From Sphaerodactylus townsendi (Eukaryota), in the NCBI RefSeq assembly GCF_021028975.2, contig NC_059430.1, positions 26,598,001 to 26,662,000 on the forward strand: 64,000 bases of DNA. Direction: 5' to 3'. The notes beneath the pieces are model-generated. The model saw only the letters and a list, made by a program, of their open reading frames with translations. It did no database searches and was not told the origin of the DNA. How positions within the stretch are numbered: position 1 is the first letter of the stretch; each line of letters begins with the position of its first letter. This document shows positions 12,176-25,781 of this stretch, one piece after another. The translations under genes and the position numbers were made by a program.

Positions 12176-13754
12176 TAGGATTGTTCTGAGATATTTAATT
12201 TTTAAAAAATTATAGTATGGATTGCAAAATGTCACCCACACAACTCTGTGTACAATTGTTTTTGTAATATATCTCTCTGTTGTTATAACAGCTAGAGGAA
12301 AAAAACGGGAGCAGTTACAGTGAACATGCAATCATGCTGATTTCCAAATTTTACACCTCAGCACACAGCTTTCTTTTTATTCAGGCTGGAAAGATAGATA
12401 GCATATACTGCCTCATAATAGAATACCGTAACTCCTCAGGTGCATAGTATGGCTGAGATGTACCTGAAATACAGCAATTTACACTGCACCCATAAGGATA
12501 TTCAAGGCTATGAATGTGCACAGATGTGTTCATAAAGAAATATTTGTGAAGACATAAATTAAAACAAAAATAAAAGAGGATCTTCCAACTGATTACGGCA
12601 TGGCTGAGGCAACAGGACAATACTGGCTCAGAGCATCTTTGTTCTTGAGGCAGGAAATCCTCCCCCATCGTAATAAAAATATAACTGTAAATCAAACAGC
12701 AGGTTGCTCGTTTCATTTAAGAGCACAGAAATGTTGCCACCTGAGGTAGCTACTTAATGACAGAGCTAGCCATCTAAAACATGTATGTAGTGTTTTCTGT
12801 CTATATAATAAAAAGATTTATTATATAGAACAAAGACCCATGGCCCCTCAGAAATATAGCGGTATTGCAGATTAGATTAATTTTTCTTCTGAACTCAAGC
12901 TTCTGTCTGGAATTCACTGCTTGTGAATTTGCTGTGCTGAATGAAGAGTTTTAAAAAGCCATTTGGCTTCCCCTGAGGGGAGCAAGGCGTCAGATGTAGC
13001 CAGCATGACAAAACAGTACAACAGGAGACCCAAATATTCACAAGGGCAACAGCAACTCATTCTTGTTAGTCTTTGAACTGATGTTTAATTGGTACCAGCA
13101 TTTGCTTGATTTCTCGAGGGCATGTTGAAGAAGTTCACTTGGCAGTGTACTTCCCACAGAAAGAAAAAGGTAGTAATCTGGAGTAATCAAACATTAATTT
13201 GTTCCTTTAAAAATGTATCTTTAAAAAACAACAACAGAAAATTAAGCAAGGCTACAAATACAACATCAAATTTCTTCCACAAATTAAAAACCAGGGGCGT
13301 TTCAAAAAACCCACAATTTCTTTTGGTTTTCATATTTATATTTGCACATACTACTGAAAGGGCTTCTCCATAAGCAGTCTATTTATACATGCAACAATTA
13401 AACAGTCTGCAGTTCTATCATTCTTTCTGTATTCTTGACTCAGAGATTTTAGCATCCTACACCCATGTTTATTGGCCTGTGCGGAAGGGGCCTCTCTCTT
13501 TCTGTGTATATATAATTCACATGTATTTAAGAACAACCAAATTCTATAACATAGTACAAGTTTTTGTGTTCCCCCAGTTTCAACAGGTTGAATACTGACT
13601 ACACAGTTCATATCACACAGATTCACACTCAAAGATGTTTAGTACATAATGAAAAAGTCAAAGGTCTATCTGCAATCTGCAGATAGACTGCAAATCTATT
13701 TGCAATCTGCAAAAAAGGGAGACCAGAAAGTATGGCCAACTTGACTGATTTTTC

Positions 13755-13950
13755 TCTGGATGACCCAGAGTAGCCTGATCTCATCTAAGCAAGGTTGGCC
13801 TTGGACTGTATTTAGCTGGAGGATCACCAAAGAATCCGATGGTTGCTATGTAGTGGAAGGCTAAGGTGAACCACCTCTAAGTGACTCTTGTTTTGAAAAT
13901 TCTACGGGGTCGCCATAAGTTTGTTGTCTTTTCACAGTACTTTGCACACT
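13755..13950 (+). mobile_element. 5S-derived SINE, degenerate
   Basis: CTGGATGACCCAG...GCCTGATCTC..CTAAGCAAGGTTGGCC head; GGGGTCGCCATAAGT tail. Confidence 0.65.
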
Positions 13951-14915
13951 CACACAATTTAGATTTGATTGGTACTTTCAACTTGTAATTGAATGCACTT
14001 ATTTAGATACTTATATCCCACTTTTTTTCCCAATTGGGACCCAAAACACCTTACAATATCAGCCTCCCCTGCCCCACTTTAACCTCACAGCAACTACCAC
14101 ATGACGTAAGTCAGGCTGAAAGTGAGTAACTGGCCCAAGATCAAGCAGGGTGTGATTCACTATTATTCTGTTTTTGCATTTCCCCTTCCCCACAGAAAAA
14201 CACTGCCAACTATCATTTGTCAAATTCAGCAGTATATCCATATTTTTCTCAGTAAAAGTCCAAGGCTCTACTAAATGTATTCCAGCTGTTCTGTTTAAGA
14301 GAACACACTACATTTGGGTTATTTGTGCTAGTGTAGAAATGCCCCATAAAACTGCTGGGATCTTCTGCTGGACCTAGCAAGCTTTTTTATCTAGTTCCCC
14401 TCTCTTCTACAGCCCCTCCTCCCTAGTTTTTCTCTGTGAAAGTCCTATGGTCCTCAGAAAAGCCCGTTTTGGTAATCAACAGGGACTTCTCCATACTTCT
14501 CCCCTGAGAACAAAAGATGCTTAGATCCAACCAAAACTCTGTCCTCTCCTTCCAAAATAACGGGGGAGGGGAAAATATTATCTGAACAAGTTGCAGATGC
14601 TGCTTTTGACTACCGGTATGTATATCTCCCACTGCATGGGAACTAACACTGTCCAATAGTTAAGCCTCCAAACAATGAGAAAACAAAAAGCTGTTTCAAT
14701 CCAAAAATGATACAAGATTTATCCCCATGTTTCCCCACAGACCCCATATTTCATCTGCTCCAAAACTCAGATAAGCAGCCATGGAGAGTACAACTACACA
14801 CACTGTTTATGCAATTCAGTTCTAAAATTTACAGAAATAATTAAAAACATTTCAGGGAGCCAAAGTTCTGCACCACAAACAGTCTTAAGACTCAGCTGCT
14901 TAAGGGTCAATTCAC

Positions 14916-15103
14916 CTCTTGGGGAAGTTCCAGTTTGGAACGGTCCGTTCCTTCCTTGGACTGCAGACCCATCAAATAAGGTACTGGAGCATCAAGGAAA
15001 TGCAGGAGGGAAGCAGGGAGAATGGGGACGTAGACATGTTGCCACTGAAACGGGAACAGTAGCGTGGTGATCCCTTCCGCCACCGTCATCAGACGCTGGT
15101 AGT
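14916..15103 (-). CDS. DENND5B: DENND5B coding exon 4 (188 nt), cDENN core: (D)[29 protein letters not shown]...LELPQE
   Basis: Inside ORF 14907..15122; DENN signature [26 protein letters not shown]; TTTTAG|AC and GAG|GTGAAT. Confidence 0.97.
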
Positions 15104-16160
15104 CTAAAACAGAGAAACCCACACGGAATTATGGTATCGTTGCATTAAAAAAACCAACACACATTTCAGCATCAGACAGATGGCAAAAGAAGAGCAATCC
15201 TAAAACCCACAGGACACTTTTTTAATGGTTATTCATCAGCTCGATTTAATGTGCAGCGTGATTTTCATTGCCGATTCAAAACATATTAAAATATTAACTC
15301 CAGCACTACTGCACAAATAGCTATGAAAATTTAACTAGATCCATTCCACCAGGACATAAAATTCAAAAAGCAGAGTTATGTACCAGGCTTTGCTGAATTC
15401 CCAGAGGAATGGAGACATGCAGAAAGGATTGAACAGAGGAAGAATTGCTGTCAAAGACTTAAAAACATTTTCTTTTTGCTCCTAATAGGTTGAAATTTCA
15501 GTTGATGCAGTAGCAAGTTCCAATTTCTACACCAACATGCAAAACCATCTTAGGGCAGCATTAAAAATCAGCTATGCAAACATAAATTGAGTGCTTATTT
15601 TTAACACAGCTCTCGTGCCCCTACTCCATTCAAATTCTCTGCTAAGCTGTCAGGGTTTTATTGCTGTGTACTATATTTGCTTCCAGCAAGATAAGGACGT
15701 TTGTACTACACCAATAATGACACTATTTCATTTTTCGGAATAGCTTCAGAAATCATCCAAAAATGGGAACCACAGTTTGGTTAACCATAACTTCTTAAAT
15801 ATCAAGGATCGTTAAACATTCCAAGTGTAAGACATCTGTATGAGATAGGATTTGACACTCTTGGCTGGTCTCCTGGTTTTATCGACCACTAAAAACTTCC
15901 TGCTAAGCATCTGCTTAAGCCAGAAGAAAAGCAAAAGACACTTTCTCTAAAAACCAAACGAGACACTGTAGTCTTCAACACCACGTCAGAGAATAATTTG
16001 GTAATTTTAATAATGTAAGAATTTAAAAACTCTGCAGGGGCTCAGTCCCATGCCACAATGGGAACACGTTTCCTTCCAGGAGCTTTTCCAAGTGCTGAAA
16101 CAGCCACCTCCCCAACACACACATGCACAAAGGGCACAGTGGATTGTACTCAGCAGTGGC

Positions 16161-16485
16161 GCAGCAGTGGCGTAGGAGGTTAAGAGCTCATGTATCTAAT
16201 CTGGAGGAACCGGGTTTGATTCCCAGCTCTACCATCTGAGCTGTGGAGGCTTATCTGGGGAATTCAGATTAGCCTGTACACTCCCACGCACACCAGCTGG
16301 GTGACCTTGGGCTAGTCACAGCTTCTCGGAGCCCTCTCAGCCCCACCCACCTCACAGGGTGTTTGTTGTGAGGGGGGAAGGGCAAGGAGATTGTAAGCCC
16401 CTTTGAGTCTCCTGCAGGAGAGAAAGGGGGAATATAAATCCAAACAACAACAACAACAACAACACCTCCTCCTCCTCCTCCTCCT
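16161..16485 (+). mobile_element. tRNA-derived SINE (Squam3-like) with (CAA)n(CCT)n tail
   Basis: A/B-box-like head (TGGCGTAGGAGG...GGTTTGATTCCC), CORE-like body GCTGGGTGACCTTGGGCTAGTCACA, L2-like tail. Confidence 0.85.
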
Positions 16486-18079
16486 ATGCCACTCAAGAAC
16501 AGCAGAATGGACTAGGGTTGTCACAGCCATACCGGGGACAGAAGATTCCCCACTTTGGGGCACACCCTGTCCCCCAGTGCCATGCAGCTGGCTGGTGGGG
16601 AGACTTACAAGCAGCAAATTGAGGACTAGAGCCAGTAGTGTGTGGACATCACACTGGTGTGAACTTCTGGTGTTTGCTAGAAGTAATGAGTGCCCACACA
16701 TTGCTGGGGATGCGATGATGTCACTTCTGGTAAGCTCTAGAAGTGAGATTGATGTGTTTATTGGTGACAGATGCTTAGGCCTCAATTTTTTGCTGGAAAG
16801 TTGGCGGGGGCGGGGGGGAAGGGTACCTGGCAAACCTAGAGGGGACAGAGGCCTTGCTTGACAGGAAATTAAGATAAGCAAGTGACACCAGGTGAAGACA
16901 AAGAGTGGCTTCAATTCATATATAAAGACTTCAGAACAATCAAGGAGTGGTCCATGGCTCTTTGCTGGGCCCCTCCATATTTCTCAGACTATGGCCCCTG
17001 TCTCCACTTCAAAAAGGGAACTGAAATATTCAATAAGAGCACTCCTCACATCTGCCATGTGGCGGGAGAAGCAATTTCTGAAGCAATTCAACCCCAACCA
17101 TACAGTGCTTTATGGAGGTCTTTAGCATCTCATTTTAATGGGAATCCACTATTGTAAGCCATTCAAGAATTGACTCTGAAGTATTAGCTTGGAAATGATG
17201 AGTCAAATCCATTCCACACACACAATTTTTAAACTGCGTTTCACAAACTGGAATGCTTCCCATTACTTCTCCAGTGGCAGAGAGTGAGAATAATAAAAAC
17301 CAAAGCCATTGCAAGTATATTACACATTTTTATGGCTTATCTATGGCAGAGTCCATTGCAAAGCATTTAGCGTAAAAATCAGTTTGCTCTGTATTTATCC
17401 AGGAATTTTTAAAAATCGCATGGGGAAGGGGTAACTTTCCCTCATTATAAATACAATGAAGCATGCAAGAATGGGACAATTGCCTGAAGAAAAAAATACC
17501 ATTAATAAGGGGGAAAGAGGCCATTTCATTATCTCAACCATTTGAGAAACCTGAGCATTGATAATGTAAACAACAGCCTTAATTTTCCACTCTTCCAACA
17601 AAAAGGACTATAATTTCTTGCTCATCCACAACCATTTTCACACCCTCGTACACAAAATTGTTTTTTTAGGATTTGAAACAGCCTTGTAGCCACAGGCAAA
17701 TTTTTAGATACCCACAGCTACCACAGCAATATGGGAATGGGGAGAAGATCTGATTAAAAACAAAAGAGGATGCGGCATCTTGCATCCGTTTGCAATCTGT
17801 GCAATAAAGGCACTAAAAACCCTGCCATGACCCTACCATAAAGATCTGCAGAAAACATATCCCAGATTATGATCACAACATTGATTCTTTACAGCCTAGC
17901 TATCAAAGATTTATGAAAGGGTATGGTTACAATTAAATGAGGGACTAATGATGATGGCTTGCTGTTTCAAAATGGCTTGCTAACTTCCAAGCTCCACTTT
18001 TCCTTAACCCACTTATCCCTGTTGCCTCCTTTTTCTCACAGGTTCCCCATGTCAGTTATCAGCAACTGTTCTTCTAAAA

Positions 18080-18550
18080 CAGTGATGGCGAACCTATGGC
18101 ACGGGTTCCAGAGATGGCACTCGGAGCCCTCTCTGTGGGCACGCACACACAAAGTTCATCATGTGGGGTGAAAAATCATCCCCCCCCCCCCACACACACA
18201 CATCTAGGCTGGCCTGGGCCACTGAGTATGACGTGCGCGTACCGCGGTGAGCAGGGAGGACCCGGCTGGCAGGCCTGGTGCCTGTGCTCTGGGTGGCTGC
18301 TGCCCGGGGGGGAGGCACAGAGGAGGCAGAGATGCTAGAAAGGCACAGAGCAGTGCATACAGGACTTGATGGCTAGAGCAGGCTGGCCCCTGCTCGAGCG
18401 GGTGGGGCGGAGGAAGAGGGAGCCAACCGGTTTTTTCTAAACTAAAACCTCAGCATTCAGGTTAAACTGCCGGGTTGGCACTTTGCGATAAATAAGTGGG
18501 GTTTGGGTTGCAATTTGAGCACTCAGTCTCAAAAAGGTTCGCCATCACTG
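18080..18550 (+). mobile_element. OC1 (OposCharlie1)-like hAT non-autonomous element (copy 1)
   Basis: TIRs CAGTGATGGCGAACCT / AGGTTCGCCATCACTG; TSD TTCTAAAA. Confidence 0.88.
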
Positions 18551-19544
18551 TTCTAAAAGATGCCCAGCACCAATAAAGCTATTTGTAGAGTCATAAGTAG
18601 TCATGGTAGGAAATGTGTCAAATGCTGGATGTTCTAATCCGACAGACAGTGGGGTGGATCTTCCTCTATGCTACCACTTCATCTGAAGGCTTCCTCTAGC
18701 TTAAGTGGCTTTTTCTCCGAAGGAAGAGGCTCCTTAGGCTAGAGGAAAACTCCTTGAAAGGTAGCTAGATCCATCCTAATCCTTCTGCAAAAGTTTGATT
18801 TCTATTATCTCCCCCCCATTAGCAATTTAATGACCAGGAATTGTGACATGTGAAGTAGCAGAACATACATTAACGGAAGGAAGGGAGAAATTAAACCAAG
18901 TTATTGTCCTACATTTGTTATGTATTGCAATGATTCAAATATTTATTAGCTGTGGAGAGCTCATCTAGCCATATAATTAATGCTTCTACTTCTCTGCTTC
19001 TGTTCTCTTCCAAAAACTTCAGACCAATTACTTTCACACGCTTAGGTTTGTGAGTTCATTGCTGGCAAGATGCATGAACTCCAGCATGGAGCACAGCACA
19101 AAAAAGAAGTTGATTACAATTTGTTTAGCTGGGATTTAAATAGGGAATCTCTGCCTGTACTCTGGCATCTTGGTAGCCATTCAAGACTACAAATAGGAAG
19201 GAAGGAGTGCAGGCTTTTTCTCCCAGGTCCCAGCATAGCCTCCACCAGCCATTCCTGATTTACCATAGAACTGCTTCCAGGTCAGGTTTGGACAGTCTGT
19301 AGACTCCACCATTAACATGGTTGCCTACTCTTCTACCAGGGTGTTGTTACCCATCCACCTACCTCATTCATTTAAGATCAAACTGAATAGGCTTTTCAGA
19401 TCACATCATAGCTTCCAATTGGCTGCTTATGTAATGATCCTCCAGTGGCTCTCTATCCCACTATATTTCAAATCCTGCCTGGCCTTGCACTACAATTACC
19501 GCACTCTTTTTCCAATGTGCTCTGCTGCTTATAGCTGTTGATAA

Positions 19545-19593
19545 AGAAGACAAAGAAGAAGACGAAGAAGATGAAGAAGAAGAAGAAGAAGAA

Positions 19594-19651
<58 letters not shown>

Positions 19652-19935
19652 TTGGATTTATACTCCCCTTTCTTTTCCATAAGGAGACTCAAAGAGGCTT
19701 ACAAACTCCTTTCCCTTTCTCTTCCCGCAACAGACACCTTGTGAGGTAGTTAGGGCTGAGAGAATTCCGAAGAACTGTGACTAGCCCAAGGTCACCCAGC
19801 AGGAATGTAGGAGCGGGGAAACAAATCTGGTTCACCAGATAAGACTCTGCCACTCATGTGGAGGAGTGGGGAATCAAACTTGGTTCTCCAGATTAGAATC
19901 CACCTGCTCTTAACCACTACACCACACTGGCTCTC
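19545..19935 (-). mobile_element. Squam3-like SINE with (AAG)n/(AGT)n microsatellite tail
   Basis: Reverse complement begins GAGAGCCAGTGTGGTGTAGTGGTTAAGAGC; body matches the 16161 copy; microsatellite at 19545..19630. Confidence 0.88.
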
Positions 19936-21470
19936 AAACCAAACACACACACACCACCTCACTGGCTCAGGAACCAAATACACACATGCCACCAATGTTT
20001 CTAAACATGACTTAGAAGCAACATTCAAACCACAATGAATACATCAGCCATGCCAGCTGTCTACACGACTGTCCTCCTGAGAATGAGGAGGAGAGGTGCC
20101 ATTACTGCTTCTAGGTACAACTGCTATGGGAGGGAACCGTGATGATCTGATGACTACAATATGAGTGTGGGGCAGGACTGAATCAGGTTTGCCGTTTCCA
20201 TGGATCCCCCATTCTTTAGAGAACAAGGCTGGTCTGTAGGTGTTATGAAAGGGATTCTGAACAACACTTCAATCCTCTCCTATGTCTGGGGAAGGGCAAG
20301 AGGCTCATTTCATTAAGAACCAGTCTCCTGAAAGGATGGGAGCCTTCAGTGATGGAAATCCATGACACTTTCCTATCTCTACTATCAAAAGATTAAAAAC
20401 TTAATACACAAAGTGTTCTAGTCCCTAAGGTAGTCAAACACTGAAGAAGTCTGTAAGTCCATTTACCCAGACTTTTAAGTGCGTGATCAAAATGAAGGTT
20501 TGCAAGGGAAGGGGGACCCAAATTCCTGCTTAAATTGCTCCCACACATGCACCCAAAACAGCTTTCCCCATTTATGCATAGCTAGCAATTTAATTCATCC
20601 AGCTCTAGCAGCAATTTTGTGCCAGTCCAATAGCATTTTGTTACTGCTCCTCGGGAAGTTATCCTCAAAACAGGATTAGTCTTTGAAAACCTGTTGGGAA
20701 TGCCAAAAATAAACTGATCATACTCTTCTTAGTAATGAGAAAAACCTATATTTTAAAAGCAGTTTACCAAAAAAAGGAAAAACTTCAAGACACAGCACAG
20801 AAACTGAGATACAGGAGCCGCTGCAAAAACTCAAGCAATTGCTTTTTTTAAAGTCATATTGAAAGACCTTAAAATCTGTTTCAAGTGTGTTAAAAATATA
20901 TTTTTAGCAGGGTTAATGTACTACTTATAAACCTCAGCACAAAAGTTGATGTACTTTGAAAAAGTTTCTTTGCAAGACCAGTATGGACACCAGACTGTAT
21001 CTTACTGCCATTTTTCTGGTGAAAGCAAATCTTTATCTACCTTCCACTTCACAGAACATACCATGTGCCCTGCAAAGAGACATTTCTGGGGACAAGTGAA
21101 CATTCACAACAGAAAACCATATGGGTTGGGTGGCTGCACTGAGAAGGACAGTCAGCTGAAAATGCTTCACCTCTGTTGGTAGACTGTATGGAGCACACAG
21201 TCCTTTGTATTCTTCACTGTTATCAGGGATGGTTCCAGGTTTTGGGGAGCCCTGCGCAGGGGATGTCCAGGGTCCCACTATGTTCACTATTACACCCTCC
21301 TCCTTGATCACCCACTTGCCCCCATCTGCCTGGGTGTCCTCCCTCTGCCCATTTCAAGTTCTTTCAATCCCTGCAGTCACAGCTAGATAGATCCACATGT
21401 ATTGTTGCTTAACAATACATCAGTATTTTAGCAGGACAGTCAACAGATATATAAGCAGCACTCCAATTAC

Positions 21471-22137
21471 CTTGAGAATAAAGAAGGATCTGCATTTCTA
21501 GGAGCACACACGTGAAAACCTGGATGAGGTTCTCCAAGCCTAACAGTTCAAAAACCTCCCGAAGAGGGTAGTCGGACAACGGGAGTTCATTAGGCCCAGG
21601 TCTCTGGCAAACAATAGGTTCATATACTCCATAGAATTTTAATGACCTTCCCGGAGGTGGAAGGGGCACTTCATAAAGAATGTTATGGATGTAGCTTTCC
21701 AGGGGTAAAGGTGGAGGTTGCTGAGAAGTGACTGCCTTGTAGAGCTGGATGAGGAACTTCTTGCAGGCTTGCATGAAGGGCAGCGGAGCAATGAGGCAAA
21801 TAGACTTGGAGACATACAGTGTGTCCCTGTTGATGTCATACGAGTTGTAGCGCTGCATCTTTGCAAGCGATGTGGAGTCGCCTTCGTCAAGGCTGCTCGC
21901 CAGCGAGTCCATGCTACACGATGACGAGGCGCAGACGCTGCTGCATTGCTCCGCGTTGTGCATCTGATAAAGCGTCTGCATGGCTGTGCAGATCTGCTTG
22001 CTTGTGACTTCCTCATAGAAGGTGAGCACAAATCCATAAGTGCGAGAACCATCTTCCCTGGTGATAATGAACGAGTGGAACTGGGGGTCTCTGTTATCTG
22101 TTTGAGTCCTGAAGGACAGCCCTTTGGGCATACATAA
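21471..22137 (-). CDS. DENND5B: DENND5B coding exon 3 (667 nt), uDENN/cDENN: [12 protein letters not shown]...QILLYSQ
   Basis: Inside ORF 21409..22164; acceptor CTGCAG|TTA, donor CAAG|GTAATT; in frame with exons 2 and 4. Confidence 0.97.
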
Positions 22138-23061
22138 CTGCAGGAAGAGGAAGGAGAAAAACAAATGTGTCAGTAGCCGGTAATTTCAATGAGTCCGATT
22201 TGCTAGAACACAATTTTCCACCTTGGTGCCCTCCAACTCCTGGCACCTGCCAAGTGTTTCTTAGAAGGTAGATGGGGCTTTGGCCGAGCAGACCTTCTGA
22301 CTGGTCACTGGAGATCTGATGGGCCATACAAATTAAAATAATGTTGCTTTGGTAGCAGCTGCCACCACAGGGTTGGTTTCACTCTCACCCTCTCCCAGGG
22401 TATTTTTAAAAAAATGACTGCTCTTCTCCGGGGCTTCCTCCGTGCATGTATGTGTGGCTCCAATTCCCATGGTGGCTATTTTGTGACTGGCTCCACACCC
22501 CGTGACATTAATCTGTGGTTGTGCTCACCATCCAGTATCAAAATTCAAAAGAATAGTTAATAGCAGTGACTGTATACAAACTATACATAAATTTATTTTG
22601 ATAGGATGAGCAAAGAGACCTATCCAGCAAACAACAGTGTAAAGAACTAATAATCTGTTTCTTCAATTCTCCTGGAAGCGATATCCTGGAACACTGGGGT
22701 GATATTTTACATATGTTCCTTATTATTTTATTCAATAAAAAAGATAACAAATAGATCCATAAAGACAAGCATTCAAGTTTTGTGATGCAATGGAAAGTTA
22801 GCTAAAAATTTTGGAGAGATTAGTATAACTCTTTTCCTGATACTTAAAATAAATGCAGAACTTTCAGTGACCAAAAGCCTTTCATATACATAATCTTTTT
22901 GTAATTCTTTTAAACAGTACTCCTATAAAAGGTAGGTCTGTATTAACTTCAACCATATTTATTTACAACATTTGAAGCCATCTTTCTTCCATATATAGCT
23001 CAATGAAGTTTGCAATGTAGATTATACATAAACATTTTTTTAAAATCATAGTTTAGGGTTT

Positions 23062-23150
23062 AGTGCGAGAACCATCTTCCCTAGTGATAATGAATGAGTG
23101 GAACTGGGGATTTCTGTTATCTGTTTGAGTCCTGAAGGACAGCCCTTTGG
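23062..23150 (-). pseudogene. 89-bp intronic duplicate of part of DENND5B exon 3 (source 22039..22127)
   Basis: Direct alignment by eye: 85/89 identical, all four differences are transitions; it lacks the exon's splice sites. Confidence 0.92.
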
Positions 23151-25489
23151 TCTTCTCCTGTGGTATCACCTCCTGTGGTATCACCTCCCCACAACCCGCC
23201 AGTTGCTATTGCTGAGTAGAAAGTTAGGGGAGGAGAGGTCAACTATAAAAAGCACTCAGATAACCAATATAGAATCCTTTTTCCCATCCACTGTAGCTTA
23301 TGATTCTTCTGGTGACCTCCCCCACCTTCACTACTGCCCTCAATACCATTTGTTCTTTTAATCACTCTGCCCTGTCCCATACCTCTTTACTTTTTTACAC
23401 TATTAAAATCAGGTCAGCCCCAAATTCATAAATTTGCTACCATCTGTCTAATCTAGCCTTCATGTCTTGGCCTCTTTTACTGTTATGCCAGGGCTAATCA
23501 TCGATATCGTTCCAGGGCAGGGAGAAGTGGAGATATTTCTGAGAAGGACCTAAATAAGGAATCATAACAACAATGATAGCAGTAAGTAATTGTATGCACA
23601 GAGTTAGTCACGTCAGACAAAATGAACAAAAACATGCCACTAAAGTTAATAGCCACAATCTTGTCTGGAAGCAGCGGCAACAAACAGTGCAATTTTATCC
23701 AAGATCTACCCTTCTAAGGCCAGTGACTTCAACCAACTTAAAAGAGTATAGCTCTGTTTAGGATTGCACTGTAAAGCTAGAATGTTTATCAGATGTCAAA
23801 TGTAATTCATCCAATAATGCCAGAATCTGAAGACCTGAAGAGTAAGACCAGAATTTGACCTGAAGAGTAAGATAAAAATATGTTCAAATCTTGTACTGTC
23901 AGACCAATGAATCATCCACGCAATGTCCTTACATCCCCTTTCAAAGTTAATTCACAGGCTAACAAAGTGATTTAAATAATCAATACCTTGGTTTGATTTA
24001 ATTTAACTGATGGACTTTGTTGACATAAATCATCAAATTGCAGGACAGGCCAATTTTGGATGGCAGCTGCTCATTGGTTAAAAATCTTTCTATATAGATA
24101 GAGGAGGTGCTGGTGACCACTCCATCATTGTGAGCAAGAGAAGATTAATCCAGTATAGGAAACAAATACTAGTATCTCAGGACAGTTGTTAGTTAATGTT
24201 TTTCCAATTTCTGAAATAATAATGTACTATTAAAAGGGTATCATTTCAAATAGCAGGAAGGCTACAATAGAAGTTACGGATGGGGTGCCTGCAGGTACCT
24301 TTGGTGTTCTGCCCACAACAAACTTGGTGTTTCAGAGGTTATTTGCATTAGCAGCCATCAATACAAGACACTCCCATGGGTTAACCTTCAATGAACTTGT
24401 GCATTCACCTCCAAGGAAGATCACCTGCTTCTGCTTATACTCCCAAACAGAGAATGAAAGAACTATGTTTTTAATATGTATTTTAGCTCTGGTTTCAATT
24501 GATGTGTTTTTTGTTGATTTTAATGGATTTTAAGATGTAATTTTCATTATGTATGTTTTAATTTGTTAGCTTGCATGGTGTCACATCTGAGGGCGGAAAG
24601 GATATAAATTTTGTTAAATTAATAAATTATCCATAAGGCCAGCAAATGCCCCTAGCTATTGTTAGAAGGGAAATGTTCTCTCAAGGAGGCTATTTCCAAA
24701 GACAATATGACAATATTTTGCAAAGATGATTGGGACAGGGAAGGAAAGAGGCCTTATCGTTCTTTGAATCCATTTCATCCATTTATACAAATCATGGCCA
24801 CTTGTACATGAATATGTGTAACATCATTAAAGCAAGAGTATCTGACTTAGTTCTACTAAGGATTTTAGATGAGTCTGCATCTTGTTTACGTCAATTAATA
24901 AGGTTTCTAGCTTTGCAGAGTTACATTGGTTTACATGGTTGATGTTTAATGGTTTACTCTGAGAATGATCAACATATTCCAATTTATACTGCATGAAATG
25001 ATTTTACAGTGGTGAAGTCTGACAGTGATCGGTGGTGGTAACCTAATGCTATGGAGGGGCACTGCATTCAGAAGGCTCTTTGGCTTCTGTGGTTAAATGG
25101 CTATTATCTGGGCAGGGAAGGCAAGTAGGCCTAGACACCAATTCCGGTCTACACATCACTTATTCTCATCTTTTCCTCAAATAAGGATTCCCTCCCTCAG
25201 TGAGATTTTGCGCCTTTTCCTTATGGCCCCAGCTTTATTGAACTGCTTGCCTGAGAAGATTCCCTATTTAACAACCCATGCTCCCCTCTCAATTGTGTTC
25301 TCAACGCTGATTAAATCTACCACAAAATGCTATGAACATAGCAGGAACTCTTAAAAACAACGATATAGGGCACCCTAAGGAAAGAGAAGGCAGGAAAGTA
25401 GAGGTGCTTAGGAAGAGTAAGTTTAAGGAAATTGTAGTCAAAAGCAATGTGGGAGGAAGGGGAACAGTAATTGGGTAGCAGCCTATTGT

Positions 25490-25781
25490 AGGGTTGCCCG
25501 CTCTCAGCTTGCCAGCCCTAGAAGCAAGCTGGGGCACAGCTTGGCAAGGGGCAGTGTCACAAACACTATTGTATCACTTCCTGCTGAGTGAGTGGAAGTG
25601 ATGTTAGTGATGCTCCAGGACTCCCCTGCCCCTAAACCTCTGTGGTAAATATCACAGGGATTCCAGAAATTCCTAGAGCTTTGATAGTGCTGTGATGACT
25701 TTTCCAACTGCTTGACTGGAAGTGATGTTGCAGCAGTGTGCCAGAGAACAGGGATAGGAGGTTGCAATCTCAGGCAACCTA
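25490..25781. mobile_element. Old non-autonomous DNA element with AGGGTTGCC/GGCAACC termini (Harbinger-like); related fragments near 22230-22500, 31430-31740, 32090-32360, 41400-41800, 43130-43310
   Basis: Terminal TAGGGTTGCC...GGCAACCTAG and shared internal motifs (CCACTGGAGATCT, CTTCCTG..GTGATGT); heavily diverged. Confidence 0.45.

Noticed and set aside
11491-12331. Cluster of overlapping ORFs up to 232 aa
   Set aside because: Produced by the stop-poor GC-rich Harbinger MITE; no recognisable domain.
16269-16914. ORFs with poly-Q/L/R/C/G/V runs
   Set aside because: Translations of a SINE microsatellite tail.
19468-19744. Poly-L/F and poly-K/S ORFs
   Set aside because: (AAG)n/(AGT)n microsatellite of a SINE tail.
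23062-23150. Mutually exclusive functional paralog of exon 3
   Set aside because: Only 89 of 667 nt, no pyrimidine tract, no donor, and an in-frame stop three codons after the homology ends.
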